Source of the DNA: an uncultured bacterium
GTDB taxonomy: Bacteria > Fidelibacterota > Marinisomatia > Marinisomatales > Marinisomataceae
Assembly (NCBI GenBank): GCA_943788675.1
Contig: CALSRE010000002.1
Location: 137,371 to 201,370 of the forward strand
Length of the DNA stretch: 64,000 bases
Reading direction: 5' to 3'
Position numbers and translations under genes: made by a program. Positions 27,171 through 37,152 of the stretch are shown here, in pieces; positions within the stretch are counted from its first letter, which is position 1; every line of letters begins with the position of its first letter. The notes under the pieces were generated by a model. The model did not search any database and was not told where the DNA came from. It saw only the letters and a program-made list of their open reading frames with translations.

Positions 27171-27873
27171 CTAAATAATCTCCAAAATCCAAAAAGCCAA
27201 ACTTTTAAAACAGCCTCCAAGCATAACTGCTTTACTCATTTTGGATTCACCTACAGTTCTATCAGTAAAAACTATTGGATGTTCAACCAATTTACAACCT
27301 TTTTGGTATGCTCTAAATGAAGTCTCGATTTGAAAGCAATAACCTTGAGAGGAGCATTCATTATATTTAATTTTTTTAAGTGTACTCAACCTCTCCAAGC
27401 TTTAAATCCTGCAGTTAAATCTTTCACAGGTACACCTGTAATTATCTTAGCGTACAAATTTGCAAAATAACTGATATACAATCCTTTGAATTGGCCAATT
27501 AATAACTCTCAATCCACCTTTATATCTACTACCTATTACAAGATCATTTTTATCTAAAAGACTAAACATAGGTACAATTTCAATCGGATCATGTGATAAA
27601 TCTGCATCCATTTGAATGATTTTATCGTAGTTGTTTTTGATAGACCAATTAAACCCGTCAACGTATGCTGAACCAAGGCCTTTCTTTAGCTTCTCTTTTT
27701 AAGATAAAAATTTTATCATTTTTCAATCCTTCAACAATGCCAGATGTATCATCAGGTGAATTATCATCTATAACAAGAATATTAACATCTATATTTTGTT
27801 TGAAAATCAAATCTATTGTTTTAATAATGTTTTTTGATTCATTGTAGGTTGGAAGAATGACTAAATTTTTCAT
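27171..27873 (-). pseudogene. GT2 polyprenol-phosphate mannosyltransferase (Dpm1-like), interrupted by at least 3 frameshifts
   Basis: The N-terminal fragment is LPTYNESKNI...VIDDNSPDDT. By my translation the middle piece is in another frame (GLGSAYVDGFNWS...QMDADLSHDP...GSRYKGG), then YFANLYAKIITGVPVKDLTAGFKAWRG, then the C-terminal fragment SQGYCFQIE... Frame changes occur near 27683, 27475 and 27397. Confidence 0.7.
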
Positions 27874-28875
27874 GAATTTATAGATATTGTTTTAGCAATC
27901 ATTTCAAGTTGTCGCATATAAAATGCTTTTTTTCCACCAGGATTAAAAACTAGATAACTTATATAAAATGTTCTATCATTTTCATAGTCATAGAATACAG
28001 TATCCTCTAAATGGACCTCCTTTAGCATCATCAATAGACTCCCATAAACCAGACACTTCGTACGATGATTCAGATTTGAAATCTTTAAATTCAATATTAA
28101 TATATTCTTTGATTATACCTAATTGATTCAAAATACATCTGGGGATATTCTTTTACATACTTCTAAGACTTCTTCCTCGCTGAAAAAATTACCATCTCTC
28201 CAATGAACTGCAATCCACCTAAAAGGTAATTCATGTCCAATCCAAAAAAATGATTCTTCGCTATCATTTTTTATTAGCTCCCATCCCCATGGTATTTTCA
28301 TACTCCAATCGTACTTTATTGTTGAAGATCCTGCTCAAGCTCTTCCTGTCTTTCATTTTCTAGAAAATATTGAGATTGTTTACTGAAAAAGTTTTCATCG
28401 AATTGATTTCGAATAAATTCATTATTGAGCTACTAGATAATCTTCAATTTGTTCTGGAGTACTTCCACTTAAAATCATAAATAATTGATTTTTTGCGAAT
28501 TGATCCTTTGATAAGTATTACCGGAACTCCTGTTAGAGTGTTTTATTGAAGGCATTTTGACCCTAAGAGCTCCTTCGCAAGCTTAGTACCTGGGTTTAAT
28601 TCATAGCTGCCGATGGAGGCAACAACAAGGTTGGTTTGCGTCTTTAGTGCTGAAAAACTTTCAGGATCTGCAAACTTAATATTATAAAAAGATTCAGGAG
28701 ACGGAGTCAAAATTGTTTCATTAAAAATAGTCGACAAAAGGCTTCTAATTTTTTCTCTATCTTCTTTAGCTGCGAGCACAACGATGTCGTCATTTCCGCC
28801 GATTGCATCCCTTTTATATTCACAACTAATTACAAAAATGATTGTAAAAAATATAATAAAGCTTCTTTTAATCAT
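27870..28875 (-). pseudogene. DUF4837-like lipoprotein, interrupted by several frameshifts
   Basis: The start is MIKRSFIIFFTIIFVISC (lipobox) and the reading frame then changes repeatedly. Fragments include ...IPWGWELIKNDSEEESFFWIGHELPFRWIAVHW... and the C-terminal ...DYENDRTFYISYLVFNPGGKKAFYMRQLEMI. The family assignment is from memory of the motif pattern. Confidence 0.45.
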
Positions 28876-28892
28876 TTTTTGACCTTTGAAAT

Positions 28893-29598
28893 TCATACAT
28901 AAATACAATAAATAAAGATAATAAAAAAGAACATTAACATTGGTTCCCAAGTCAATAAAGGGTATCTGACAAACTTGTCACTTGCAGATGGTGGAGGTTG
29001 CACAGAAGAATCTTGTGTACTTATATTAGCAGCATACTGGATAGAAGTTCCTCCATGAGGATTATAATACTTTAAATTAATCAAAGAATTATCTTGCAGT
29101 ACTAAAATTATTATTTATTCCCTGATAAAAGGTTAAGCCATTTTGATCGCGAACCTTTCTCAAGTTCAAAACTTTCTGCTGAGATTTGGAACTCTTCGGA
29201 TCCAAAAGGAATTTGAACCCCTAATATTAAAGTATTAATATCTTGTAATCGACTCAAAATTATATGAAAATCTTCTTGGCCCTGGGTCTTTTATAAACTT
29301 ATCCAAAAACAAATAAATGGTATGATTCCCGTTTTGATTTAAGGTTTTCAGCAAATTATTTTCTACCTGAACTATTTGTTCAAATTCTAAGCTGTCTGTA
29401 GATATTGTATACAAAACGGAATCGATATTTGCAGGATATTGGGAAAGTAATATCGTTATTGTTTGACTTGTCAAACTTATACTCTATTGCAACGCCTGGA
29501 TAAGAAAATTCTGGATAGACAGTCACAGATAATGTATCAATAACAGATTGACCAAATACTTGACTGAAAAATAGTAAATAAATAAATGTTTTTTTCAT
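28893..29598 (-). pseudogene. secreted, C-terminally anchored hypothetical protein, interrupted by at least 4 frameshifts
   Basis: Signal peptide MKKTFIYLLFFSQVFGQ. My translation must switch frame near 29470, 29240, 29130 and 29095 to continue to the hydrophobic C-terminus LLTWEPMLMFFFIIFIYCIYV. Confidence 0.4.
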
Positions 29599-29601
29599 AA
29601 G

Positions 29602-30299
29602 CTAAGTTAAACGAAAAATAACAAATAAATCATAAAATGCATGAGTTAATGCAACTATCCCAAATCCTCGATTAATATAAATTGCTAGATAAGTAAATAC
29701 CAGCTAAAAATCTTAATGTGAAAGAGATGGGCGTAAATGACTCCTCACCAATATAGTGAAACATTGAAAAAAGAATTGAACTAGCTACAATAGATAGTAT
29801 TAATGAAGAAAACTCTTTTGTTTTTAAAATAAATGATATGCTTTTTGCAAGAATGAATATCAATAGAAATCTGAATATTAACTCCTCATATAAACCTGCA
29901 CCAATAGATAAAATGAAATTGCTCAACCAATTAAAATTTTCACCTTGAAATAGATAAATATTTTTTAAAAAAAATAATAATAAATATGCATAAGCTAAAG
30001 ATTCTATAGTCATAAAAAATAAATAATTATAGTTAATGTTAAATGTTTTGAAATTTTTTCTTTGAGAAATTAAAATAAAAAATAATACAGCAATAAATAT
30101 TGAACTTGCAGCATAGTATCCGTTTAAGTCCAAGCATTTTAATAAATTCTTCAATTAAAACATCGCCTCCATTTTTTGCGTAAGAAATACCTGTTTGAAA
30201 CATAAAAAAAATACCCATTTCATATATCAGAAATAGAGGTAATGTAATAAGAAGGCTATAAAATAATGATTTTGATTTAGAAAAATAATCTTGAAGCAT
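29602..30299 (-). pseudogene. CPBP (CAAX-protease/bacteriocin-processing) family intramembrane protease, 2 frameshifts
   Basis: EELIFRFLL (EExxxR) and SMFHY motifs lie in the 29672-30154 frame. The third motif region RGFGIVALTHAFYDLF is in a different frame at the 3' end, and the N-terminus is in a third frame (30039-30299). Confidence 0.65.
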
Positions 30300-30300
30300 A

Positions 30301-32082
30301 TCAAATTTTGAGAACGGCTAATAAGGCTTCTTGCGGAACTTCAACTCTGCCAATTGTACGCATTCTTTTCTTACCCTTTTTCTGCTTTTGAAGCAATTTA
30401 TTCTTTCTAGTTACATCTCCACCGTAGAGCTTTTCAGTAACATTTTTTCTGAAAGGAGCAATATTTGTTCTTGCAATTACTCTAGTACCTATCGATGCTT
30501 GAATAGGAATCTGTATTTGATGTCTTGGAATTAATTCTTTTAATTTTTGACATAAGGCTAGACCTCTATGGTAAGAGTCTTTTTTTGAACAAATCATTGA
30601 TAAGGCATCAACTGGCTCTTTATTTATTAAAATGTCCAATTTATCTAACTTGCTCTCTTTATATTCTTTAAAAGTATAATCAAATGATGCATACCCTTTT
30701 GAACCAGATTTAATTCTATCATAAAAATCAAAAAGTATTTCTCCAAGAGGGAGATCATAGATGAGCTGTACCTTAGATTTAGATAAATATTGAGTAGATT
30801 TATATTTTCCTCTTTTTTCTTCACAAATCTTCATGACATTACCAATATAATCTACAGGAGTTAAAATTTCTGCTGTCACTATAGGCTCCATTAAGCTCTC
30901 CAAGAATTTTGGTTCTGGTAACAATGCAGGTCTTTGAACCTCTTCTTGAGTGCCATCTTTTAGATTTGCTAAATATTTAACATTAGGACTAGTGGTGACA
31001 ATGGATAAATTAAACTCTCTTTCAAGTCTTTCTTGGATTATTTCCATGTGCAATAACCCTAAAAAGCCACATCTATAGCCAAAACCAAGGGCATCGCTTA
31101 CCTCAGGCTCAAAAGAAAGTGATGCGTCATTAAGTTTCAATTTTTCAAGTGCAGTCCTAAGATCATCATACTCTCCCGCATCTGCTGGAAAAAGTCCTGA
31201 AAAAACCATGGGTTTTATTTTTTGAAATCCCGGTAAAGCTTCTTTACATGGTTTATTAAAATTTGTAACTGTATCACCAGCAAGAACATGTTCAATGTCT
31301 CTAACATTTGCGATTATATAGCCTACTTCTCCTGCTTTGATTGAATCAGATTTTTTTCTATCAATAATAAAATGTCCAACTTCATCAACATCATAATGAG
31401 TATCATGCGCAAAAAATTTAATTCTACTTCCCTTTTTTCAAGGAACCTTCATAAACCCTCACATAAGCTACAACACCTCTATATCTATCATAAATTGAAT
31501 CAAAAATTAAACCTTTAAATTCTTCATTTTTTGGTTCTTCTGGAGCGAGGAATTTTTGAAGTAATTGCATTCAAAATATCTTCTATCCCTTCGCCTGTTT
31601 TAGCGCTAGCAAGTAAAATATCTTCCTTATTACATCCTACCATTTCAATAATTTGCGCTGTGACATTTTCAATATCAGCATTCGGTAAATCTACTTTATT
31701 AATCACAGGAATTATTTCAAGATCATTTTCAAGAGCTAATAAATAATTTGTGACTGTCTGAGCTTCAATACCTTGTGCTGCATCAACAATTAATAAGGCG
31801 CCTTCACTCGCAGATAAAGTTCTTGAAACTTCGTATGTAAAATCTACGTGACCAGGTGTATCAATTAAATTTAATATAAAGTCTTTATAGCTAATTCTAA
31901 TGGAATGACTTTTAATTGTAATTCCTCTTTCTCTTTCAAGCTCCATGTTGTCAAGAACTTGATTCTGCATTTTCTTTTTTGAAATTGTTCCTGTATGCTC
32001 AAGCAATCTATCTGCTAAGGTAGACTTACCGTGATCATATGTGCAATAATGCAAAAATTTCTAATGGTTTTGTGCTATTCAT
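30301..32082 (-). pseudogene. lepA: translation elongation factor 4 (LepA), interrupted by about 4 frameshifts
   Basis: The fragments cover a full-length LepA: IRNFCIIAH / [12 protein letters not shown] / DTPGHVDF / NKVDL, then [30 protein letters not shown], then SRIKFFAHDTHYDV...MVFSGLFP...C-terminus. Frame changes occur at the T/A runs 32068-32071 and 31433-31438, near 32037 and near 31550. Confidence 0.85.
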
Positions 32083-33664
32083 GAAAATGATTTACAATTG
32101 GTATTCTTCTTCCAATACCGAACGCTTTTCTACTTACCCTTAAAACAGGAGCTGCCTGTCTTCTTTTATGTTCATTAATATTTATCTTCTTTTTGAGGCT
32201 TAAAAACTCCTCATCTGAACTTTTAGACTCACTATTATCCATTACTATTTCATCAACTAATGGACTTATTAATTCATAATCAAATGGATCGAATTGATCT
32301 GGAGCAAGCTCAGCAGAAGGAGTTTTTTTGATGATATTGTTAGGAATAACTTCCTTGTTTTTGTTTATCCATTGTGAAAGGTTATAAACTTCAGTTTTAT
32401 TTAAGTCTCCAATTGCAGATAATCCTCCACTCATATCGCCATATAAAGTGCAATATCCAAGAGCTAGTTCTGTTTTGTTGCCAGTTGAAAGTACTAAGTA
32501 ACCAAATTTATTTGACATAGCCATCAATAGATTTCCTCTAATTCTTGATTGAATATTCTCTTCTGCAACATTTTTATCCAATCCTTTAAAACTAGGAGAA
32601 AGTACATCCAAATATTTTTCAAATAACCCATCTATATCAATTGTTTCAAAATTTGTTTTTAAATTTTTAGCTAATTGTTTAGCATCAATCTTACTATGAT
32701 TGCTTGAAAATCTAGAGGGCATAGAAATTAAGTATACATTTTTAGCTCCTAAAGCATTGACAGCTAAACAAGCCACTAAAGCAGAGTCAATACCGCCACT
32801 AAGGCCAATTACTGCTTTACTATGACCAGTTTTAGTAAAATAATCTTTTATTCCTAATGATAGCCCATCAAAAAGCTGCTTATTTTTAGAAAATGATGGA
32901 ATAGATTTTGATGTTTTTAAATCAGTTAAAATAGTTTCTTCAATAAACCCGCTAGCCATTTCAATTAAATTCATATTCTTGTCAAAAATCATTGAAAATC
33001 CATCAAAAATCAATTCATCTTGCCCTCCAACTAAATTGCAATAAACAAAAGGACAATTAGCCCCTTTAAATTTGCGCTTAACAAGATTAACTCTTTCTTC
33101 TTTTCTGTCTTGAGCAAATGGTGAAGCTGAAATATTAATAATTAAGTCAGGATTATGTTTCATTAATTCAGCTGAAAGCTTTCTATCGTATTCATCATCC
33201 CACAAATCTTCACAGATTTGAAGACCAATATTATATTTTGAATCTCTAATTTTTAAAGAAAAAATTCCAATAGAATTTCCATTTGAAAAGTATCTTCTTT
33301 CATCGAAAACGTCATAGTTTGGTAAGTGTATTTTGTGGTACTTAAAAGCTACTTTACCGTCTTGACATATTGCTGCTGCGTTAAAATTTTTACCATCAAC
33401 TCTATCTACAAATCCAACAATACATGGAACAGTGACGATTTTAGATAAATCTTTTAAGGATGAAATGTTTTTTTCAATAAATCTATTATTGCTTAACAAA
33501 TCTTGAGGAGGATATCCTGTAATAGACATCTCCGGGAAAATGACAAGATCTGCTCCATCTTTTATTGCGTCAAGATAGCTAGAAGAAATCTTTTCAAGAT
33601 TAGTTTTAAAACTTCCAAGAGTTGGATTTATCTGGCAAACAGCAACATTTATAGCTTGAGACAC
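32075..33664 (-). CDS. nadE: glutamine-dependent NAD+ synthetase (CN-hydrolase + NAD synthase domains)
   Basis: N-terminal nitrilase-like domain (VIFPEMSITGYPPQDL, ICEDLW) and a C-terminal LSGGIDSALVA PP-loop. Confidence 0.93.
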   Translation of the reverse strand: MSQAINVAVCQINPTLGSFKTNLEKISSSYLDAIKDGADLVIFPEMSITGYPPQDLLSNNRFIEKNISSLKDLSKIVTVPCIVGFVDRVDGKNFNAAAICQDGKVAFKYHKIHLPNYDVFDERRYFSNGNSIGIFSLKIRDSKYNIGLQICEDLWDDEYDRKLSAELMKHNPDLIINISASPFAQDRKEERVNLVKRKFKGANCPFVYCNLVGGQDELIFDGFSMIFDKNMNLIEMASGFIEETILTDLKTSKSIPSFSKNKQLFDGLSLGIKDYFTKTGHSKAVIGLSGGIDSALVACLAVNALGAKNVYLISMPSRFSSNHSKIDAKQLAKNLKTNFETIDIDGLFEKYLDVLSPSFKGLDKNVAEENIQSRIRGNLLMAMSNKFGYLVLSTGNKTELALGYCTLYGDMSGGLSAIGDLNKTEVYNLSQWINKNKEVIPNNIIKKTPSAELAPDQFDPFDYELISPLVDEIVMDNSESKSSDEEFLSLKKKININEHKRRQAAPVLRVSRKAFGIGRRIPIVNHFHE

Positions 33665-34107
33665 TTATCTGCTTCCTCAATTAAAGAGTCAATAGTTTCT
33701 ACTTGAATAGACTTAGGAATATCCCAACTATTATAAGCTATCAATTGTTTTTCTTGGGCTAAAGTAAATGCTATTTCGCTTAAAGTTCCATATGCACCTG
33801 AAATAGCGACTCCAATATCGCAATTGTAGCTAATTAATGCATTTCTAGTTATATCCATTCCTGTTGAAATGGGAATACTAAGAAATTTATTTCCAGTTTT
33901 GAAATCTTTGTCTTTTAAAATACCAATACAAGTCCCATTGCCCATTGAAACTCCTTTTGCAATGGCCTCCATGACACCTTCACCGCCACCACAAAAAACT
34001 AGCCAATTTTTTTCTGCCATTCTTTTTCCAATTTCTACGGTGTCATTATAAATTTCTTCAGTTATAAATCTTCCTCCAAAAACAGCAATTCTGCCATCAA
34101 ATTTCAT
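33649..34107 (-). CDS. TIGR00725/LOG-like Rossmann-fold nucleotide-binding protein
   Basis: 152 aa with IAVFGG...VFCGGGEGVMEA...GIL... and GTLSEI, typical of the LOG/DprA-like lysine-decarboxylase-like family. Confidence 0.7.
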   Translation of the reverse strand: MKFDGRIAVFGGRFITEEIYNDTVEIGKRMAEKNWLVFCGGGEGVMEAIAKGVSMGNGTCIGILKDKDFKTGNKFLSIPISTGMDITRNALISYNCDIGVAISGAYGTLSEIAFTLAQEKQLIAYNSWDIPKSIQVETIDSLIEEADKCLKL

Positions 34108-35396
34108 TAAGGCTCCAATCTTCCCATTGTTCTAGGGAAAGGAATAGTTTGTCTTACATGATCAATTCCACAAATCCAAGAAACAGTTCTTTCTAAACCG
34201 AGACCAAAACCTGAATGAGTTACAGATCCATACTTTCTTAAATCTAAATACCACTTAAATGCGCTTACAGGAAGCCCATGATCTTCAATACGCTTTACAA
34301 GAGTATCATGGTCGTCCTCTCTTTGTCCTCCACCTACAATTTCGCCATAACCTTCAGGAGCAATAACATCGACTCCTAAAGCTAACTTATCGGAATCGTC
34401 TCTTTTCATATAAAAAGCTTTTGTTTCATGAGGCCAGCTATGTATCATGACAGGGCTATCATATTTTGAAGCTATTAATTCTTCGTCCGGAGATCCAAAA
34501 TCGCTCCCATATTCAAATTTTTGACCATTATCATTAAGAATTTTTGCTGCCTCATCATAGGTAATTCTTGGAAATGGCGATTTTACCTTTTCAAGCAACG
34601 ATATATCTCTTTCTAAGATTTTAAGCTCATCTTTACAATTCTTTAAACTTTCCGAAACAATATGGGTGATAAATTCTTCTATTAAATCCATATTTTGATC
34701 TAAATCACAAAAGGCCATTTCTGGTTCTACCATCCAAAATTCAGTTAAGTGTTTTCTTGTTTTTGATTTCTCAGCTCTAAAACAAGGACCAAAACAATAA
34801 GTTTTTCCAAAAGCCATTGCACCTGCTTCTTGATATAATTGTCCGCTTTGAGTTAAATAGGCAGAGCGATTGAAATAATCAGTTTCAAAAAGAGTTGTTG
34901 TTCCTTCGACTGCGTTTCCAGTAAACATTGGAGAATCAATTAAAACAAAGTCTCTGTTATCAAAAAAATCTCTTATAGATTTAATAATATTTTGACGGAC
35001 TTTCATTATTGCGAACTGTTTTTTGGAACGCAACCAAAGATGTCTATTATCCATTAAGAAGCTAACACCATGCTCTTTTAGCGCAATGGGATATTCTTCA
35101 GCAATATGAATAACCTTCATATCCTTTACAAGAATCTCTACCCCAAGATCAGATCGTGAGTCTTCTTGAACAATCCCAGTAATCTGAATTGATGACTCCT
35201 GTGTTAAAGATGTATCAAGCTTGAATACTTCTGAACTAACATCGTTGCTTGTTACTACGCATTGAACAAAACCGGTACCGTCTCTTACGATTGCAAACCA
35301 GATTTTACCAATAGATCTCATATTGTAAATCCATCCATTTAACTGAACTTCTTTACCGATAAAATCTTTTAATTTATTTATAGTTACATTTTCCAT
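34107..35396 (-). CDS. asnS: asparagine--tRNA ligase
   Basis: Class IIb OB-fold N-terminus with motifs FRAEKSKTRKHLTEFWMVEPE and GFGLGLERTV. The size (429 aa) and sequence pattern match AsnRS. Confidence 0.9.
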   Translation of the reverse strand: MENVTINKLKDFIGKEVQLNGWIYNMRSIGKIWFAIVRDGTGFVQCVVTSNDVSSEVFKLDTSLTQESSIQITGIVQEDSRSDLGVEILVKDMKVIHIAEEYPIALKEHGVSFLMDNRHLWLRSKKQFAIMKVRQNIIKSIRDFFDNRDFVLIDSPMFTGNAVEGTTTLFETDYFNRSAYLTQSGQLYQEAGAMAFGKTYCFGPCFRAEKSKTRKHLTEFWMVEPEMAFCDLDQNMDLIEEFITHIVSESLKNCKDELKILERDISLLEKVKSPFPRITYDEAAKILNDNGQKFEYGSDFGSPDEELIASKYDSPVMIHSWPHETKAFYMKRDDSDKLALGVDVIAPEGYGEIVGGGQREDDHDTLVKRIEDHGLPVSAFKWYLDLRKYGSVTHSGFGLGLERTVSWICGIDHVRQTIPFPRTMGRLEP

Positions 35397-35400
35397 TTTT

Positions 35401-35970
35401 TTACCATGTTGAAAGGATTGAATTTACAATATCTGATGCAATTTTGTTAATAGCAATATTAATCGCCAGCTCTCTTGAATCGCCAAATTCGTCATCATCA
35501 TTTTCGTCTAAAAGTCCATCATTATCATTATCTAAGCCATCAGATGAAGGGTCATTATTTATACTATAAGTTCCAAAGCCTGAAAAAGTTTTTTCAATTA
35601 AGTTTATATCATTTTCATTATCTATCCATTTAACTTTCACTGAAAAAGAAAATCTGTATTCATCTACTTGCTCATTGCTATCAAAAGAAAATGGGCCATC
35701 AGAAACATCAGTAACAATTCCTATAATTGAACTATCGCTATTTTCAATATTTGTTACTTTTAAAATATTCTGTGAAGCAATTTCTTGAGTAATTTTTGAT
35801 GTTAAATTTTCAGCAAGCTCAAACTCAGCAGTATCATTTTGAAAGAGCGGAATATTAACATTATTAATATTTGCAGGAATAGACCCTGCCATAGAGTAAT
35901 AACTACATCCCGTCAGTAAAATTATACAACAAAAATTAGTTATCTTTTTTAATCTTTTTTTCAATACCAT
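35401..35970 (-). CDS. LptE-like outer-membrane lipoprotein with an acidic Ca-binding-type insert
   Basis: Lipobox ILLTGC, followed by ...IPLFQNDT.EFELAENLT..I... resembling LptE. The C-terminal part carries DNDNDGLLDEND. Confidence 0.45.
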   Translation of the reverse strand: MVLKKRLKKITNFCCIILLTGCSYYSMAGSIPANINNVNIPLFQNDTAEFELAENLTSKITQEIASQNILKVTNIENSDSSIIGIVTDVSDGPFSFDSNEQVDEYRFSFSVKVKWIDNENDINLIEKTFSGFGTYSINNDPSSDGLDNDNDGLLDENDDDEFGDSRELAINIAINKIASDIVNSILSTW

Positions 35971-37138
35971 AGTCGTTAATTTTCCTATATAAAGTTCTCT
36001 CGCTCATATCTAGAGATTTCGCTGAAGCTCTTCTATTATTATTGAAATGTTCCAGAGTTCTAATAATCATTTCTTTTTCTAAATCTTTAGTGTTAAATGC
36101 GCCAATTGCTTCGCCTTTTATGAGATTATCATCTTGATTAATAATTTCATTATTATGAATTGTTGAGTCAAATGACTGATTAATACTTCTAGAAGAATTT
36201 AAATCAGAAAAACTAGATTCTTTCATCATTAATTTTAAATCTTCAATATCTTGTCTAAGAAAAAGTAACTGTCTTAGAATCAATTCCCTTTCTGCTTGAT
36301 CGGGATCGCGATTCACAACAACTGGCAATGAATCATTTGACTGATTATAGTCAAGTATATCTCCAGCCAATTGATTGCTCACCATTTCAGCAGTTATTCT
36401 TTCTCCTTTTTGTAATATAAGAATACTTTCAACGAAATTTCTAAGCTCTCTAACATTTCCCGGCCAATGATAATTATGCATCTCTTTAATTGATTCAGGT
36501 GTAAAGCCTTTGTACTTAATATTATTTGATCTACTGAATTGCAAAGCAAATCTATCAACTAAAAGTCTTATATCATTCTTTCTATGTCTTAGAGGAGGAA
36601 TATTGATAGTTACCGTTTTAAGCCTATAATATAAATCTTGCCTAAATTTTCCTTCCCTTACAAGCTTCCCTAAATCCTTATTGGTTGCAGCAAGAACGCG
36701 AACATCCGTTTTTTTTGTAATAGAATCACCTACTCTCATAAACTCACCCGATTCTAAAACTCTTAAAACCTTTACCTGTGTTTCTATTGGCATATCTCCA
36801 ATTTCATCAAGAAAAATAGTTCCCTTGTTTGCAGTTTCAAAATATCCTTTTCTTGAATCGCTAGCATCAGTATATGCTCCTTTTTTATGTCCAAAAAGTT
36901 CACTTTCAATTATTCCTTCAGGAATTGCTCCACAATTTACAATTACTAGATCACTAGAAGCTCTTTTGCTTCCGAGATGTAGCGCTTTACTTACAAGCTC
37001 TTTACCTGTGCCAGATTCTCCATTGATGAGTACAGATATATCAACACTGGCTACTTGCGCAACCATTTCTAATACTTGATTGATTCCTTCACTTTCTCCA
37101 ATAATTCCTGCTTTTTGCTTTACTAAATCAATATTCAT
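35936..37138 (-). CDS. sigma-54-dependent transcriptional activator lacking an N-terminal sensory/receiver domain (PspF-like architecture)
   Basis: It starts directly with the AAA+ domain: GESEGINQVLEMV, Walker A GESGTGKE, the GAYT segment (GHKKGAYTDAS; canonical GAFTGA loop position), and RVLESGEFMRVG. The C-terminus has a Fis-type HTH (AKSLDMSERTLYRKI). Confidence 0.88.
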   Translation of the reverse strand: MNIDLVKQKAGIIGESEGINQVLEMVAQVASVDISVLINGESGTGKELVSKALHLGSKRASSDLVIVNCGAIPEGIIESELFGHKKGAYTDASDSRKGYFETANKGTIFLDEIGDMPIETQVKVLRVLESGEFMRVGDSITKKTDVRVLAATNKDLGKLVREGKFRQDLYYRLKTVTINIPPLRHRKNDIRLLVDRFALQFSRSNNIKYKGFTPESIKEMHNYHWPGNVRELRNFVESILILQKGERITAEMVSNQLAGDILDYNQSNDSLPVVVNRDPDQAERELILRQLLFLRQDIEDLKLMMKESSFSDLNSSRSINQSFDSTIHNNEIINQDDNLIKGEAIGAFNTKDLEKEMIIRTLEHFNNNRRASAKSLDMSERTLYRKINDYGIEKKIKKDN

Positions 37139-37152
37139 AATTTCTCCATAAT

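Noticed and set aside
27171-32082. Programmed frameshifting or an alternative genetic code as the explanation for the broken genes
   Set aside because: The breaks are frame changes, not in-frame stops, so stop-codon reassignment does not help. There are several per gene at unrelated sequences, often simple homopolymers, with no slippery-heptamer/pseudoknot arrangement. Genes elsewhere in the window read normally with the standard code.
36681-37079. Antisense or alternative-frame ORFs inside well-supported genes. Examples: 1540-1815, 3260-3451, 5994-6260, 12220-12561, 14203-14544, 25731-26117, 36681-37079, 43336-43692, 48980-49387, 50898-51239, 62958-63353, 63555-63824
   Set aside because: All lie within strongly motif-supported CDSs on the opposite strand or in another frame. 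Their products are low-complexity, Ser/Leu/Ile/Phe-rich sequences typical of shadow ORFs in AT-rich DNA, and no independent signals support them.
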